Numbered from the stretch's first letter, positions 37,926 through 48,267 are shown. The stretch is 64,000 bases of DNA from Candidatus Spongiisociaceae bacterium (GCA_965219685.1 CBDCOH010000002.1:1344001-1408000); one strand, 5' to 3'. The notes: generated from the letters alone by a model not told the origin. Numbers and translations are program-made.

Positions 37926-38831
37926 TCAGCCCCCCAATCCGTACAGCCGCGCTGCGCTACCACCCATGATCGCCGCCATCTCCTCGTCCGTGAACGGCTC
38001 GGCCTCTCGCTCGCGGGCAACCCGGTTCACGCTGCGGTACACGTCCGGCACGGTGGCCTCCGTCCGGCCGACGCGCACCTTGTCGCTGTTGTTCGATCCG
38101 TACAGCACCCGGTCGAGCGCCGACAGCGAGCGGAACCGGTCCAGCACCTCGAACAGCGGCTCGGGCCCGAGTTCGGCGTAGTGGTACATGTCGCCGTGGA
38201 AGTTGGGGTGTTTCGCCACCAGCAGAATGCATTGGTCGATCCAAGGATCGGCCATCGAGATGATCACTTTGAGGTCGCGGAAGCGACGGCCGACCTCGTC
38301 GAGATGCACCGGATCGGCGTTTTCGAGTCTGGCCATGATGATCGGGGTCCATCCGGTGAAGAAGTGGGCCGGGATGCCCAGTTCGATGCACTTCTCGTAG
38401 ATGGGATCCAGCCGCCGGTCGTTCGGTGAGAAGTGCAGGTACGAACCGAGCAGCTTGAGGGCGCGAAAATCCAACTCGTTGACGCACCGATCGAGTTCTT
38501 CCAGGGCCGCGCCCATATCCCGGATCGGGTCGATGCACGCGACACCCTTCAACCTGTCCGGGAAGAGTGCCACCTGCTCGGCCGTGTAGTCGTTGGGAAC
38601 GAACACGTCGTGCTCGGTGGGATGGTCCGGACTGTAGGTCGTCCGCCGCATATCCCCGCCCTGGACCAACCCGACGTCGACACCAGAACGGTCCAGGAGG
38701 TCGACGATCCACTGCCCGTCATAGTTGGCCAGAGCCCCTCCCCCGTACGGTCGGTACATCTCCGTCAACCACCATTCGGGTATCTGGCTCGGGACCACGC
38801 CGAGGTGCAGATGACAGTCGACGCTGACCAC
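37926..38831 (-). CDS. Amidohydrolase_2 family protein, paralogue 5
   Basis: VDCHLH, QGGDMRRTT, AHFFTGWTP, YGSNNSDK. Confidence 0.9.
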   Translation of the reverse strand: MVSVDCHLHLGVVPSQIPEWWLTEMYRPYGGGALANYDGQWIVDLLDRSGVDVGLVQGGDMRRTTYSPDHPTEHDVFVPNDYTAEQVALFPDRLKGVACIDPIRDMGAALEELDRCVNELDFRALKLLGSYLHFSPNDRRLDPIYEKCIELGIPAHFFTGWTPIIMARLENADPVHLDEVGRRFRDLKVIISMADPWIDQCILLVAKHPNFHGDMYHYAELGPEPLFEVLDRFRSLSALDRVLYGSNNSDKVRVGRTEATVPDVYRSVNRVAREREAEPFTDEEMAAIMGGSAARLYGLGG

Positions 38832-38997
38832 CGAGGCCTCCCATCGTGGCTAGCTGGATACGCCGGTTCGGCGGCCAGTGTACAGGCAGGACCCAGCGCG
38901 ACTATCCGGTGCCACCGCGATGTAGGCTGGCGCCGGCTGGATCTCACGGGACGCTCTCGGGCATCCCCGCCACCGGCGCCACACGGGAGGGCTTGGA

Positions 38998-39774
38998 ATG
39001 ATGCGGTTGTCGGGTTCGAGGGTTGTCATAACCGGCGCGGCGACCGGGATCGGCCTCACGGTGGCCGAGAGGTTCCTCGAGGCCGGCGCCGGCGTGCATA
39101 TATGCGACATCGATGCCGATGCGCTGGCAGCGGCCCGGGAAGAAGTGCCCGGCATCTCCGCCACCCATGCCGACGTCGGATCGGAACGGGACATCGGCCG
39201 GTTGTTCGACGAAGCGGTCGAGCAACTCGGAGGGCTGGACATCCTCGTGAACAACGCCGGGCCGAGCGGCCCCACGGTTCCCGTCGACGAACTCACCTAC
39301 CAGGATTGGCGCGCCTGCATCAGCGGCAACCTCGATGGCGCCTTCCTCAGCACGCGGGCCGCGGCGCCGCACCTCAAGAAGACCGGCGCGGGGGCCATCG
39401 TTAACATGTCGTCCGTCTCGGGATTGTTCGGCTCCCCCCTGCGGAGCCCGTACGCGGCGGCCAAGTGGGCGATCCTCGGCCTGACGAAGACCTGGGCCTC
39501 CGAGCTCGGCCCCTATGGCATCCGGGTGAACGCGGTCTGTCCGGGAGGAGTGGCCGGTCCCCGGCTCGACCGGGTCATGCAGGAACTGGCCGACGAACGA
39601 GGTGTTCCCTTCAAAGAGGTTTCCGACGAGTGGAAGATGCAGGCGTCCCTCCGGACCTTCATCGAACCTGACGAGATCGCGAACCTGGTCCTGTACCTAT
39701 GCTCGCCGCTCAGCGCCGGAATCACGGGAGCGGTCATCCCCATCGACGGCCACCTCGAGACCCTGGTCGGATGA
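38998..39774 (+). CDS. SDR family oxidoreductase
   Basis: TGAATGIG, LVNNAG, YAAAK. Confidence 0.93.
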   Translation: MMRLSGSRVVITGAATGIGLTVAERFLEAGAGVHICDIDADALAAAREEVPGISATHADVGSERDIGRLFDEAVEQLGGLDILVNNAGPSGPTVPVDELTYQDWRACISGNLDGAFLSTRAAAPHLKKTGAGAIVNMSSVSGLFGSPLRSPYAAAKWAILGLTKTWASELGPYGIRVNAVCPGGVAGPRLDRVMQELADERGVPFKEVSDEWKMQASLRTFIEPDEIANLVLYLCSPLSAGITGAVIPIDGHLETLVG

Positions 39775-39806
39775 TTGGTGATTGGTGATTGGTGATTGGT
39801 GATTGG
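39772..39806 (+). repeat. Heptamer tandem repeat (TGATTGG)x5
   Basis: Five perfect copies, the first starting with the SDR stop codon. Confidence 0.95.
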
Positions 39807-39936
39807 TTGTCGCTTCCGGCCGGATGCCTGGAACTGGTCGGCTAACGACAGAACATCCCCTGGGCTGGGCGTTCGGCGGGTCCGGTCTTAGGTGCTACCG
39901 CGAACTATGGTGGCGGGCCAGATGACGAGGAGGGTG

Positions 39937-40887
39937 ATGCGACCTAGCCCGGACGAAGTACAGCGGATCGCCGTAGTTGGAGCGGGGACGATGGGGCACT
40001 CGATCGCCCAGGTCTTCGCCCAGGCCGGGATCGACGTGGACCTGGTGGACCTCGACGAGACAGCCCTGGCGCGCGCACCCGGGTTGGTGGACGCCAACCT
40101 GCGCGTGCTGGTCGACGGAGGCCGCCTGGACCCCGAAGAGATCCCGGCGATCCTGGGGCGCCTCCATCCGACCACGTCACTCGCCAGGGCGGCGGCCCGC
40201 GCCGAGTTCGCGATGGAGGTGGTCAGCGAGACCATCGCCGCCAAGCAGGCTGTCGTCAACGCGTTCGAGGATGCGGCCGCGCCCGATGTGGTGCTGGCGA
40301 GCAACACATCCGCCCTGGACCTGTTCGCTCAGGTCACGGCCGCCAGACCCGAGCGGTTCGTCTGCGCCCACTGGTTCATGCCCCCGTACATCGTCCCCTT
40401 GGTGGAGGTCGCCGGCGGGCCCGACTCGTCGGAAGAATCGCTCGAGTGGACCGCCGGCCTGCTCCGGCGGATCGGGAAGCAGCCGCTGGTCATGAAGCAG
40501 TTCGCGATCGGCTTCATCGCCAACAAGATCATGATGGCGATGGGAGCTGCGGCGGAGGAACTGATGGACGATGGGGCCGCGACGGTGGAGGACATCGACT
40601 TCGTCATGAAGACCAGCGTCGGCGTGCGGCTGGGGCTGGTGGGCATCTTCCAGAGTCTCGACTTCAACGGGCTCGACCTAATAGCGGAAGGCACGGCGGA
40701 GATGGGACTCGAAGTGCCTCCCTACCTCAAGGAGGTCGTCGACCAGGGCTTCTACGGACCGAAGACGGGCCGCGGCTTCTACGACTACGGCGGCCGCTCC
40801 GAGCGAGAGGTCGTCCGCAAACGGGACCTGGCCTACCTGGCCGTACTGGACGCCCTGGAGCAGGCAGACGCGTTCTCGCCGCTGTAG
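39937..40887 (+). CDS. 3-hydroxyacyl-CoA dehydrogenase family protein
   Basis: VVGAGTMG, EVVSE..AK, LASNTS, AHWFMPP..VPLVE, GFIANK. Confidence 0.92.
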   Translation: MRPSPDEVQRIAVVGAGTMGHSIAQVFAQAGIDVDLVDLDETALARAPGLVDANLRVLVDGGRLDPEEIPAILGRLHPTTSLARAAARAEFAMEVVSETIAAKQAVVNAFEDAAAPDVVLASNTSALDLFAQVTAARPERFVCAHWFMPPYIVPLVEVAGGPDSSEESLEWTAGLLRRIGKQPLVMKQFAIGFIANKIMMAMGAAAEELMDDGAATVEDIDFVMKTSVGVRLGLVGIFQSLDFNGLDLIAEGTAEMGLEVPPYLKEVVDQGFYGPKTGRGFYDYGGRSEREVVRKRDLAYLAVLDALEQADAFSPL

Positions 40888-40943
40888 ACCTTTCGGGTAC
40901 CAAGACCCCGGGTAAGAGACATCAACCGACTTGGAGAGAAGGT

Positions 40944-41906
40944 ATGGCAAGACGGGTGCTGAAGTGTGATCGCGAAACGCTACAGAAAGATGTAAGTGGC
41001 AAGGTCTACATTGTTACCGGCGCCAATTCTGGAGTAGGGCTCGAGACCACCCGCCAACTCGTAAGGCAGGGTGGCCATGTCGTGATGGCGTGTCGCCGTG
41101 TTGAAGCCGGCGAAGAGGAGGCCAAGACATTTGCCGGGCTTAGTGGCAGTTGGGAGGTCATGAGGCTCGACCTTACAGAATTACAGTCAGTCCGTGGTTT
41201 TGCTACGGCATTTAGCAGCAATTATGAAAGACTCGATGGTCTCGTCTGTAATGCCGGAGCGGTCTTCATGGGCAATGAGGCTGCGTACACAGTGGACGGC
41301 TTCGAGATGACTATCGGCGTCAACTATCTAGGCCATTTCCTGCTCACCGAGTTGCTCCTGGATTTGCTTGAGAGCAGTTCACCCTCACGTATGGCCATCG
41401 TCTCGTCCGTAGTACATGCCGGTCGCCCGGGTGGTCGACCGAAGATCCATTTGGATGACCTGCATTACCGAGAGCGGGATTACCGAGCCTTCTCTGCATA
41501 CGCGGAAGCCAAGGTTGCGGATGTCCTGTATGCCAAGGAGCTTGCGGAACGCCTGAAGGGCACGGGAGTTTCGGTCTTTTCCGTACATCCCGGTTGGGCG
41601 CGATCAAACTTTGGCAGGGGCGGCAACCTGTTGATGCGAACCATGTTGACCATCATGCGGCCACTTACAAGGGGTATGTCTGACAGCAATGAAGACTCAG
41701 CCCAAACATCTCTACACTGCATGCTCTCGGATGATGCCGCTCAACACTCGGGCGCCTACTTCAGCCAAAGCAGTGCCCTGTACCGGGACAAGCAGTGCAA
41801 GAACGGTGGATGGCCGATGGAATCACCCAACCCGAACGCCACTGACATGGATACGGCAGTTGAGTTGGTTGAAGTATCTAGACAACTCGTCGGTCTGGAT
41901 AGATAA
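40944..41906 (+). CDS. SDR oxidoreductase, retinol-dehydrogenase/WWOX-like
   Basis: TGANSGVG, CNAG, VNYLGHFLLT, YAEAK, VHPGW; lower GC than neighbours; start at MARRVLK. Confidence 0.9.
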   Translation: MARRVLKCDRETLQKDVSGKVYIVTGANSGVGLETTRQLVRQGGHVVMACRRVEAGEEEAKTFAGLSGSWEVMRLDLTELQSVRGFATAFSSNYERLDGLVCNAGAVFMGNEAAYTVDGFEMTIGVNYLGHFLLTELLLDLLESSSPSRMAIVSSVVHAGRPGGRPKIHLDDLHYRERDYRAFSAYAEAKVADVLYAKELAERLKGTGVSVFSVHPGWARSNFGRGGNLLMRTMLTIMRPLTRGMSDSNEDSAQTSLHCMLSDDAAQHSGAYFSQSSALYRDKQCKNGGWPMESPNPNATDMDTAVELVEVSRQLVGLDR

Positions 41907-42056
41907 TAGCTCTTCGGATTGGTTATCGGGCCCTCTGATCGGTCTAGCGATGCGGGATGTGTAATAGTCGTTGACGACCATCCCCTCAGTGGTCTCACCG
42001 ACGACTTGCCGAAACACTAGGGTGGACGAAGTGCCCTTTGCGACGGAAGGCGAGCC

Positions 42057-42512
42057 GTGGCCCTGGCAACACCGACAGCTCAGGCACCGCGCGAGACGCG
42101 GCAGCTGTTTACCGCAGCGGACCTGCCCCGGCTCATGTCGGTGCCTTCGAGTGTTGACACCGACCCGTACCGTGCCCCGCTGCTCCAGTTCATTTGGGAT
42201 TGGAACATGGCCCACGACAAGGCGGACCTCGTCAGCGAGACCCCGGCCTATGACGGCAACGACCCACTGCTGCTACCGACCATCGCCGTGGTCGTCCACG
42301 CCCTAGCTGACCGTGACGGTGTCCCCGTACCCGGTTGGGTTCCCGGTCACCGAGCACCAGACGACGTGATGATGTTCGGGTGGGCGTTCGCCGGGCGCTA
42401 CGCACAGTGGGTCCGGATGCGCTCCCCTGCCGTATGCGCCCATCATCGAGTCTGGTTCCACCCGAGGATGCTCGACAAGGGCACCCCGGACTGGTGGCTG
42501 CCCTGGGATTGA
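42057..42512 (+). CDS. Hypothetical protein, partner of the downstream nucleotidyltransferase
   Basis: ORF ending 3 nt before the NTase gene; LPTIAVVVHALADRDGVPVPGW. Confidence 0.65.
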   Translation: MALATPTAQAPRETRQLFTAADLPRLMSVPSSVDTDPYRAPLLQFIWDWNMAHDKADLVSETPAYDGNDPLLLPTIAVVVHALADRDGVPVPGWVPGHRAPDDVMMFGWAFAGRYAQWVRMRSPAVCAHHRVWFHPRMLDKGTPDWWLPWD

Positions 42513-42515
42513 GCG

Positions 42516-43085
42516 GTGCCGCACCGAAACCTGCTCAACGCTGAACGGATCGGAGAACTGTTCCAGGCGGTGGACACAGGCCTGAGCGGTTCCGGCCTTC
42601 GCTCGCCCGTTGAGATCGTGATCGTCGGCGGCGCTGCTGTAGCTCTGCAGTGGAACCGCCGGCGGGCAACCTACGACATCGACATCGTGTCCGAGGGCAT
42701 TCCATCGGTGTTCTGGGACGTGGTCGCAACGGTCGGCCGCGACGAGGATCTCGACGATGGCTGGTTGAACGCCGCGGCCCGTGTCAAAGCCCCATCCGCG
42801 CCTACGCCCGGGGAACCTACCGAGGTCTATGGCGGGCCAAACCTGCGGGTGTGCGGGGCAAGCGCGCACTATGTGCTGGCCATGAAACTGATCGCCGGCC
42901 GCCCAGTAGACCGAGCCGACATGCCTGCCCTCTTAGAGGCCGCCCGGCCACAGAGCAAAGATGCCCTGTACGACCTAATCGAACAGGCCTATCCGACGGC
43001 CCAGATCCCCGCCTCCGTCGGATACCTCATCGACGAGGTGTGGCACGACTACGCCGCTTCCGATCCCGAGCCGCCTCTCCTATGA
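42516..43085 (+). CDS. DUF6036/AbiEii-like nucleotidyltransferase
   Basis: IVIVGGAAV, RRATYDID, DGWLN, LAMKL.AGRPVDRAD. Confidence 0.8.
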   Translation: MPHRNLLNAERIGELFQAVDTGLSGSGLRSPVEIVIVGGAAVALQWNRRRATYDIDIVSEGIPSVFWDVVATVGRDEDLDDGWLNAAARVKAPSAPTPGEPTEVYGGPNLRVCGASAHYVLAMKLIAGRPVDRADMPALLEAARPQSKDALYDLIEQAYPTAQIPASVGYLIDEVWHDYAASDPEPPLL

Positions 43086-43155
43086 GTACTTGATCATCCG
43101 GCAGGTCAAGTAGTTCACATCCTTGAGCGACCGAAATCCGCGTCGGCCCCCCGGC

Positions 43156-44319
43156 TTACAGGCGTCCGGCGCCGTGCTCGGGGTATAGCTCCTGGTAGAG
43201 CTTCCCCCGCTGGTACGGGTAGGCCTCCAGGACGGTCTCGTCGATCTCTATCCCCAGCCCGGGCCCGGCGGGGACCGCCATGCGGCCGTTCTCGACGCGG
43301 TCCATGCCGAAGATGGGGTCGGCCAGCAACTCGTCCCGTAGCGGCTGGTACGGGTCGGGGTCGTACTCGAGCACCTCGGGCTCGATCGCGGCCGCCAGAT
43401 GGAGACCGGCGGCGAATCCCACTGCGGTCAGGCCTCCGATGTGGGGGACCACCGCGAGATCGTGCGCCTTCGCCAGGGCAGCCACCTCCATGCAGGCGAG
43501 TATGCCTCCGCAGACTGTGGGGTCGGGCTGGAGAACGTCCGCGGCGCGATGATGCACCACGTTCGCGAATCCGGCCAGGGAGAAGACCCGCTCGCCCACC
43601 GCGATACGGACCGGCGACTCGGCCCGGAGCTCGGCAAGCGCCTCGATCATGTACTGGGGAAGGGGCTCCTCGTAGAAGCTCACGTTGTACGGTTCCATCC
43701 TCCGGGCCAGGCGGATCGCCTCCCGGAGCGTGTATGTCCAGTAGCCGTCGGCCATCAGCAGGCAGTCGTCGCCGATGACGCTCCTGGTCCGGGTGATCAG
43801 GTCGAGGTCCCGATCCGGGTCGTTGCCCAGCCGCACCTTGATGGCCTTGATCCCGACGTCGAGGACATCGTCGAAGTACGTCTCGTGCCAGCCGAGGTCC
43901 ACCTCGAACGAAGTCGTGCCCGTCGCGTACAGGGGCAGACTGTCCACGCCGGCGCCGAGTATCGCCGCAATCGAGACACCGTGCTCCTTCCCGAAGATGT
44001 CCCACAGGGCGATCTCGATGGCGCCGATGACCTGCGCCGAGATACCGTCCCATCCGAGGTACCCGTCGAGCCAGAGGTGCATCTCGGCCAGCCGGGCTCT
44101 GATCGCCAGCGGGTCCTTCCCGACCAGCAGGTCGGCAAGGACATCATCCACGATGGTCTCCACGACCGTGGGGTACGAATGCCCGTAGGACGAGCTTGCC
44201 TCACCCCACCCGACATGGCCGGCGTCCGTCTCGATCCTCACGAGCGAGAAGCTGCGATGCATCGCCGGATCGACCTTCATGTAGCCGGCCGAGAAGGCCT
44301 TGATCCGGGTGATCCTCAT
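43156..44319 (-). CDS. Mandelate racemase/muconate lactonizing enzyme (enolase superfamily)
   Basis: GWGEA, IEIALWD, KAIKVR, LMADG, YEEP, VGE, LQPD, VVPH, GPGLG. Confidence 0.92.
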   Translation of the reverse strand: MRITRIKAFSAGYMKVDPAMHRSFSLVRIETDAGHVGWGEASSSYGHSYPTVVETIVDDVLADLLVGKDPLAIRARLAEMHLWLDGYLGWDGISAQVIGAIEIALWDIFGKEHGVSIAAILGAGVDSLPLYATGTTSFEVDLGWHETYFDDVLDVGIKAIKVRLGNDPDRDLDLITRTRSVIGDDCLLMADGYWTYTLREAIRLARRMEPYNVSFYEEPLPQYMIEALAELRAESPVRIAVGERVFSLAGFANVVHHRAADVLQPDPTVCGGILACMEVAALAKAHDLAVVPHIGGLTAVGFAAGLHLAAAIEPEVLEYDPDPYQPLRDELLADPIFGMDRVENGRMAVPAGPGLGIEIDETVLEAYPYQRGKLYQELYPEHGAGRL

Positions 44320-44350
44320 GCGATCACCGCCGCGGGGCCGGGCTGCAACG

Positions 44351-44716
44351 TCATTGCTGTGTCCCGGCCTCGAACTTGCCCACCAGCGTGGGGGCGGGAA
44401 CCTCCTCCGGCGCGGTCTCCAGGTATCCGGTGACGCTGACGATCGTATCCCTGAACCAGATATCGAAGGGGTTGTCGGACGCGGTCATCTTGTCGAGGAT
44501 GTCCTCGGGGTCGACGCCGTCGATGGCGACGATGGCCAGATCCATCCCGGGAAGGCGCTGCTCCCACACGACCTCGCGCGTGACGCCCATCCGCCTGTGA
44601 TGGTCGGCCCATTCCTCATACCTGGGACCCGTGACCTCCTGCATCATCCGACGCCACGCCTCCCGCTTGCCGGGAAGGATCGGCGCCACGATCAGGAACT
44701 CGGTCGTGCCTGCCAA
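44351..44716 (-). CDS. Hypothetical protein (possibly dimeric alpha-beta barrel)
   Basis: GGGAGG RBS then TTG; APILPGKREAWRR...GVTREVVWEQ. Confidence 0.7.
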   Translation of the reverse strand: MAGTTEFLIVAPILPGKREAWRRMMQEVTGPRYEEWADHHRRMGVTREVVWEQRLPGMDLAIVAIDGVDPEDILDKMTASDNPFDIWFRDTIVSVTGYLETAPEEVPAPTLVGKFEAGTQQ

Positions 44717-44807
44717 CGGGTCCTCCCTTGCTCGGGCGGGTCCGGAGTGTATCAATCCGGTAGCCCGCCGGCCCGATCATCGCGGGTGAGCCACCCCCCT
44801 ACAATCG

Positions 44808-45257
44808 TTGTGTGCGGTGGTCACGAACGTGCCCATGGGATCGAAGGGCGCCGGTGTGAAGGTATTCGACTTCGATCCGGGCAGGATCCATCTGTTGAGC
44901 TTCAGCCAGGGTGACGACCTGCTGGACTCGTTGACGGCATTCGCCCGATCCAGCGGCATCCTGGCCGCGACCATCACCTTCCTCGGCTCGGTCAGCCGCG
45001 CCGACCTGTCCTGGTACGACCCGGACGCGGGCGACTACCGCACCATCGTCCGGGAGGAGCAGTTGGAGGTTGCGGGTGGAACCGGCAACATCTCTCTGTA
45101 CGAAGGCCAACCGCTGGTGCACATCCACGCGGTCTTCGCTGACTCGACCGGCCGGACGATCGGCGGCCACATCAACCCGGGAACAACTGTGTTCGCTATG
45201 GAGGCCACGGTCCAGCAGTTGGTGGGCGATCCGCCGGAGTTCTGGGGAACCCTATGA
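44808..45257 (+). CDS. DUF296/PPC domain protein
   Basis: GNISLYEGQPLVHIHAVFAD..GRTIGGH. Confidence 0.88.
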   Translation: MCAVVTNVPMGSKGAGVKVFDFDPGRIHLLSFSQGDDLLDSLTAFARSSGILAATITFLGSVSRADLSWYDPDAGDYRTIVREEQLEVAGGTGNISLYEGQPLVHIHAVFADSTGRTIGGHINPGTTVFAMEATVQQLVGDPPEFWGTL

Positions 45258-45332
45258 GCCAACCGCGGCCTCGATCGGGATCCGGGATATGGAGCGCACC
45301 GGCGGGGCATCAGCGCATTCGATCAGGGACGA

Positions 45333-45496
45333 GCGGTCTGCCTGCGAAACAACTTGGCGTGGTCTGCTTGCCATCGGCGCCCCTCACTGCGTTCCGCTTC
45401 CTTGACGTACCGCTGCGGGGTACGCCTTTGTCAGCGGGCCTCGCGAGGAACACCGCTGCCGTCGCATACCACACCGCCATCCCACAGACAGACCGC
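45333..45496 (+). mobile_element. MITE/REP-like element, full copy
   Basis: TIRs GCGGTCTGCCTGCG ... CACAGACAGACCGC followed by TAG; collinear with 51443-51605. Confidence 0.8.
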
Positions 45497-45532
45497 TAGT
45501 CTCCGTTTCCGGGGACCCCCGAGGAGGAGCCA

Positions 45533-46351
45533 TTGACTGACCGCATCTTGGAAGACGGTGACGTAGGAGGGGACGTCGCAGCTGCTTCCCCGGTCATCTC
45601 CCTGCAAGACGTGAGTAAGGAGTTCAAGCTCCGGAGGGGCGAGTCGTTGCTGGCGGTCTCCGACGTCAGCTTCGAGGTGGCAGCCGGGGAGTTCGTGGCG
45701 CTAATCGGTCCTTCCGGCTGCGGCAAGTCGACCTTGCTGCGGCTGGTCGGGTCGCTGGAGGTGCCTTCGAGCGGCACGGTGGTGGTGAACGGGCGCCAGC
45801 CTGCCGAGTTGGCGGCGGCGCATCGCCTGGGAGTGGCGTTCCAGGATCACGCGCTGCTTCCGTGGCTCAGTTCGTGGGACAACATCGCCCTGCCGTTCCA
45901 CGTCGCCGGGATGAAACCGGACAAGCAGCGCATCGCCGAGCTCATCTCGCTCGTCGGCATGGTGGGGTTCGAGAAGGCGAGGCCGAAACAGCTCTCTGGC
46001 GGCATGCGCCAGCGGATCGCCATCGCCCGCGCCCTCGCTCTGAACCCCGAAGTGCTGCTCCTCGACGAGCCGTTCGGGGCTCTCGACGCGGTGACCCGCC
46101 GGCAGATGAACATGGAACTGCAGCGGATCTGGTCGGCCCAGCAGCACACCACGATTCTGGTGACCCATTCGGTGGACGAGGCCCTGTTCCTCGCCGACCG
46201 CGTCATCGTCCTGACCGAGCGTCCGGGGCAGGTGAAGTTGGTGCAGGAAGTGAACTTCGAAAGACCTCGAACGAGGGAACTTGCTACCACGTCTGAGTTC
46301 CACGCCATTGCCGACGAACTCACCCTGGCCCTGGACTCGACCGGAACCTGA
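45533..46351 (+). CDS. NitT/TauT-type ABC transporter ATP-binding protein
   Basis: GPSGCGKS, AFQDHALLPW, LSGGMRQR, LLLDEPFGALD, VTH. Confidence 0.95.
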   Translation: MTDRILEDGDVGGDVAAASPVISLQDVSKEFKLRRGESLLAVSDVSFEVAAGEFVALIGPSGCGKSTLLRLVGSLEVPSSGTVVVNGRQPAELAAAHRLGVAFQDHALLPWLSSWDNIALPFHVAGMKPDKQRIAELISLVGMVGFEKARPKQLSGGMRQRIAIARALALNPEVLLLDEPFGALDAVTRRQMNMELQRIWSAQQHTTILVTHSVDEALFLADRVIVLTERPGQVKLVQEVNFERPRTRELATTSEFHAIADELTLALDSTGT

Positions 46352-46530
46352 ACCCTGACCTCGCCTGCGACGGTGGGCGGCACGAAAGAGCTGTGCGGAT
46401 ACTGGCACAGCCTCCAAACTCCATCACGACTACCGTCCTATTCGCGCCCACTTGGAGCGGCCACCCCCTACGTAGTAACCTGCAGTAGACCGCCTAAGAC
46501 CGGAGACATCTCATCCTTCAACACAGCGAG

Positions 46531-48267
46531 TTAGTTTCCAACTAGGCGCCACTCTCTTGCCAACGTACTGACCAGTATCTTCTGCCGACGTTCTAGAACA
46601 CTCGGCGTCCACTCGGACTCGCTGATAACCTGCGTAGTTAGAGGATAAACGGAGACACCGTTACGTTGGAAGTAGACGGTCTTCTTCCGCTGAAAGGCCC
46701 AGTTCGAGGCACGAGAGTTCTTACGACGTGATAAAATGACAAGATTCGCTAACTTATGGGTCCATTCACACCGTTCTTCTTCGTCGGGGAACCACTCAGT
46801 CCACTCCGAATCCTCCATCGGATTCTGTGGAAGTACGTGCTCCACCGTAACGATCCTACGATCATACGTAGCCCCGGAGTTTGACTCAGCAACAAGACTA
46901 TCTAGACGGAGCAATAGAACGCGCCGGGCGATAGCCACCCATCTGTATACATCACCGTCTAACCGCCGCAGTATTGACTCCTTTTCGGAAGCGCACAACT
47001 GTAGCGGTGAATCAGGATGCGATAAGTCGCTCCCTCCTTCTATAGCATTCAGTAATTGTGCGTAACGCTTGATTCGTGTGTTGACATTCGCCCGGATAAT
47101 GAACAGTCCATAGGCAAGTCTCTCTAGGTCCTTAGCGAATGTGACCACCTGTCTGTAGTCCCCCGCGTTCCGATGGAAGAAGGCCATGGCTGGTGGCATC
47201 CAATCAGAGTTATCAAGTCGCCTCAGATAAGTAAGGTACTTGTTGACCTCTTCCGCATAGTGAGTGCTTTCATAAGAGGCGAAGCGGACCGTTTCATACA
47301 CTCTGGCATACGGGATCAACGTTTCCTTGATAAAACCTTGACCTGTTGAGGTTGTAAGGATGTGGTCTAAGAAGTCAGCCTGAAGCGTCTGTCGCATCTT
47401 CGTCTTCAAGTGTATCATCCGTATATGAGTAAAGAGATCACGAAAGTTGCCTCGGCCCAGTCGTTCTTCAGTATTCTCCCAGTCTTCCCCGTAGGATGCC
47501 TGGTCTGACTCTTGGATTCGCCCGATCGTTTCGGCCTTTAGGATGTCGGTCGGAGATAGGTCGAGTCCACGATCATTCATGACAGAGAAAGTGCGATACG
47601 CGGAATCTCTGTCGGTAGCGGTCACGACCACGAGATAGCAGTGTCGCACGATAAAGGTCGCGAACTTGATCTGCTCAGCATCGGGTAATAGTTCGAGTGT
47701 CCGCACAATTCGATCTACGTTGTCTACTATACGTTCTTGGATGTCGGTAAAGTCAGATCGATCCTCGGCGGCTAACTGTTCAATATTGTCGTTTGCCTGG
47801 ACATAGTTCTCAAAAAAGGGCTGATCACGATCACGAAGGCGTAAGCGGAATTGGTCTGGTATCCCCTTTATAGCACTACCTTTCTGCCTGATGAATTCGT
47901 CAAGCTCTAACTTTCTTTCGCTATTGTCTATAAGACCTCGTAGTACACAAAGGATCATTGTAAGTGTCGTCAAACGCTGTTGGCCGTCCACTACCGCACT
48001 CTTTGGGACTTTCTCTTTTTTAATGAGAACTATACTCCCAAGGAAGTATGGCGCTGTAGGGTCGCGCTTCATAGCGTCTAGGAGGTCATCGAGGAGTTCA
48101 TCAACCTGCTCCGTAGTCCAAGCATACGGACGCTGGTACAGAGGGACGTGAAAGAGATACTGGTCGCCAAACACGGCGACCAGGTTCTTCTCAGCTGCCT
48201 TGATCACCTGAGACGCCGCTACCCCCCGTCCGCTGGCCGATTCGATTGAGGCTAGCAGGCTCTTCAC
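46531..48267 (-). CDS. Second GmrSD-like DUF262-DUF1524 protein
   Basis: PLYQRPYAW, VVDGQQRL, FSVMNDRG, VEHVLPQ, LANLVIL; AT-richer than flanks; true start may be GTG 48207. Confidence 0.9.
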   Translation of the reverse strand: MKSLLASIESASGRGVAASQVIKAAEKNLVAVFGDQYLFHVPLYQRPYAWTTEQVDELLDDLLDAMKRDPTAPYFLGSIVLIKKEKVPKSAVVDGQQRLTTLTMILCVLRGLIDNSERKLELDEFIRQKGSAIKGIPDQFRLRLRDRDQPFFENYVQANDNIEQLAAEDRSDFTDIQERIVDNVDRIVRTLELLPDAEQIKFATFIVRHCYLVVVTATDRDSAYRTFSVMNDRGLDLSPTDILKAETIGRIQESDQASYGEDWENTEERLGRGNFRDLFTHIRMIHLKTKMRQTLQADFLDHILTTSTGQGFIKETLIPYARVYETVRFASYESTHYAEEVNKYLTYLRRLDNSDWMPPAMAFFHRNAGDYRQVVTFAKDLERLAYGLFIIRANVNTRIKRYAQLLNAIEGGSDLSHPDSPLQLCASEKESILRRLDGDVYRWVAIARRVLLLRLDSLVAESNSGATYDRRIVTVEHVLPQNPMEDSEWTEWFPDEEERCEWTHKLANLVILSRRKNSRASNWAFQRKKTVYFQRNGVSVYPLTTQVISESEWTPSVLERRQKILVSTLAREWRLVGN

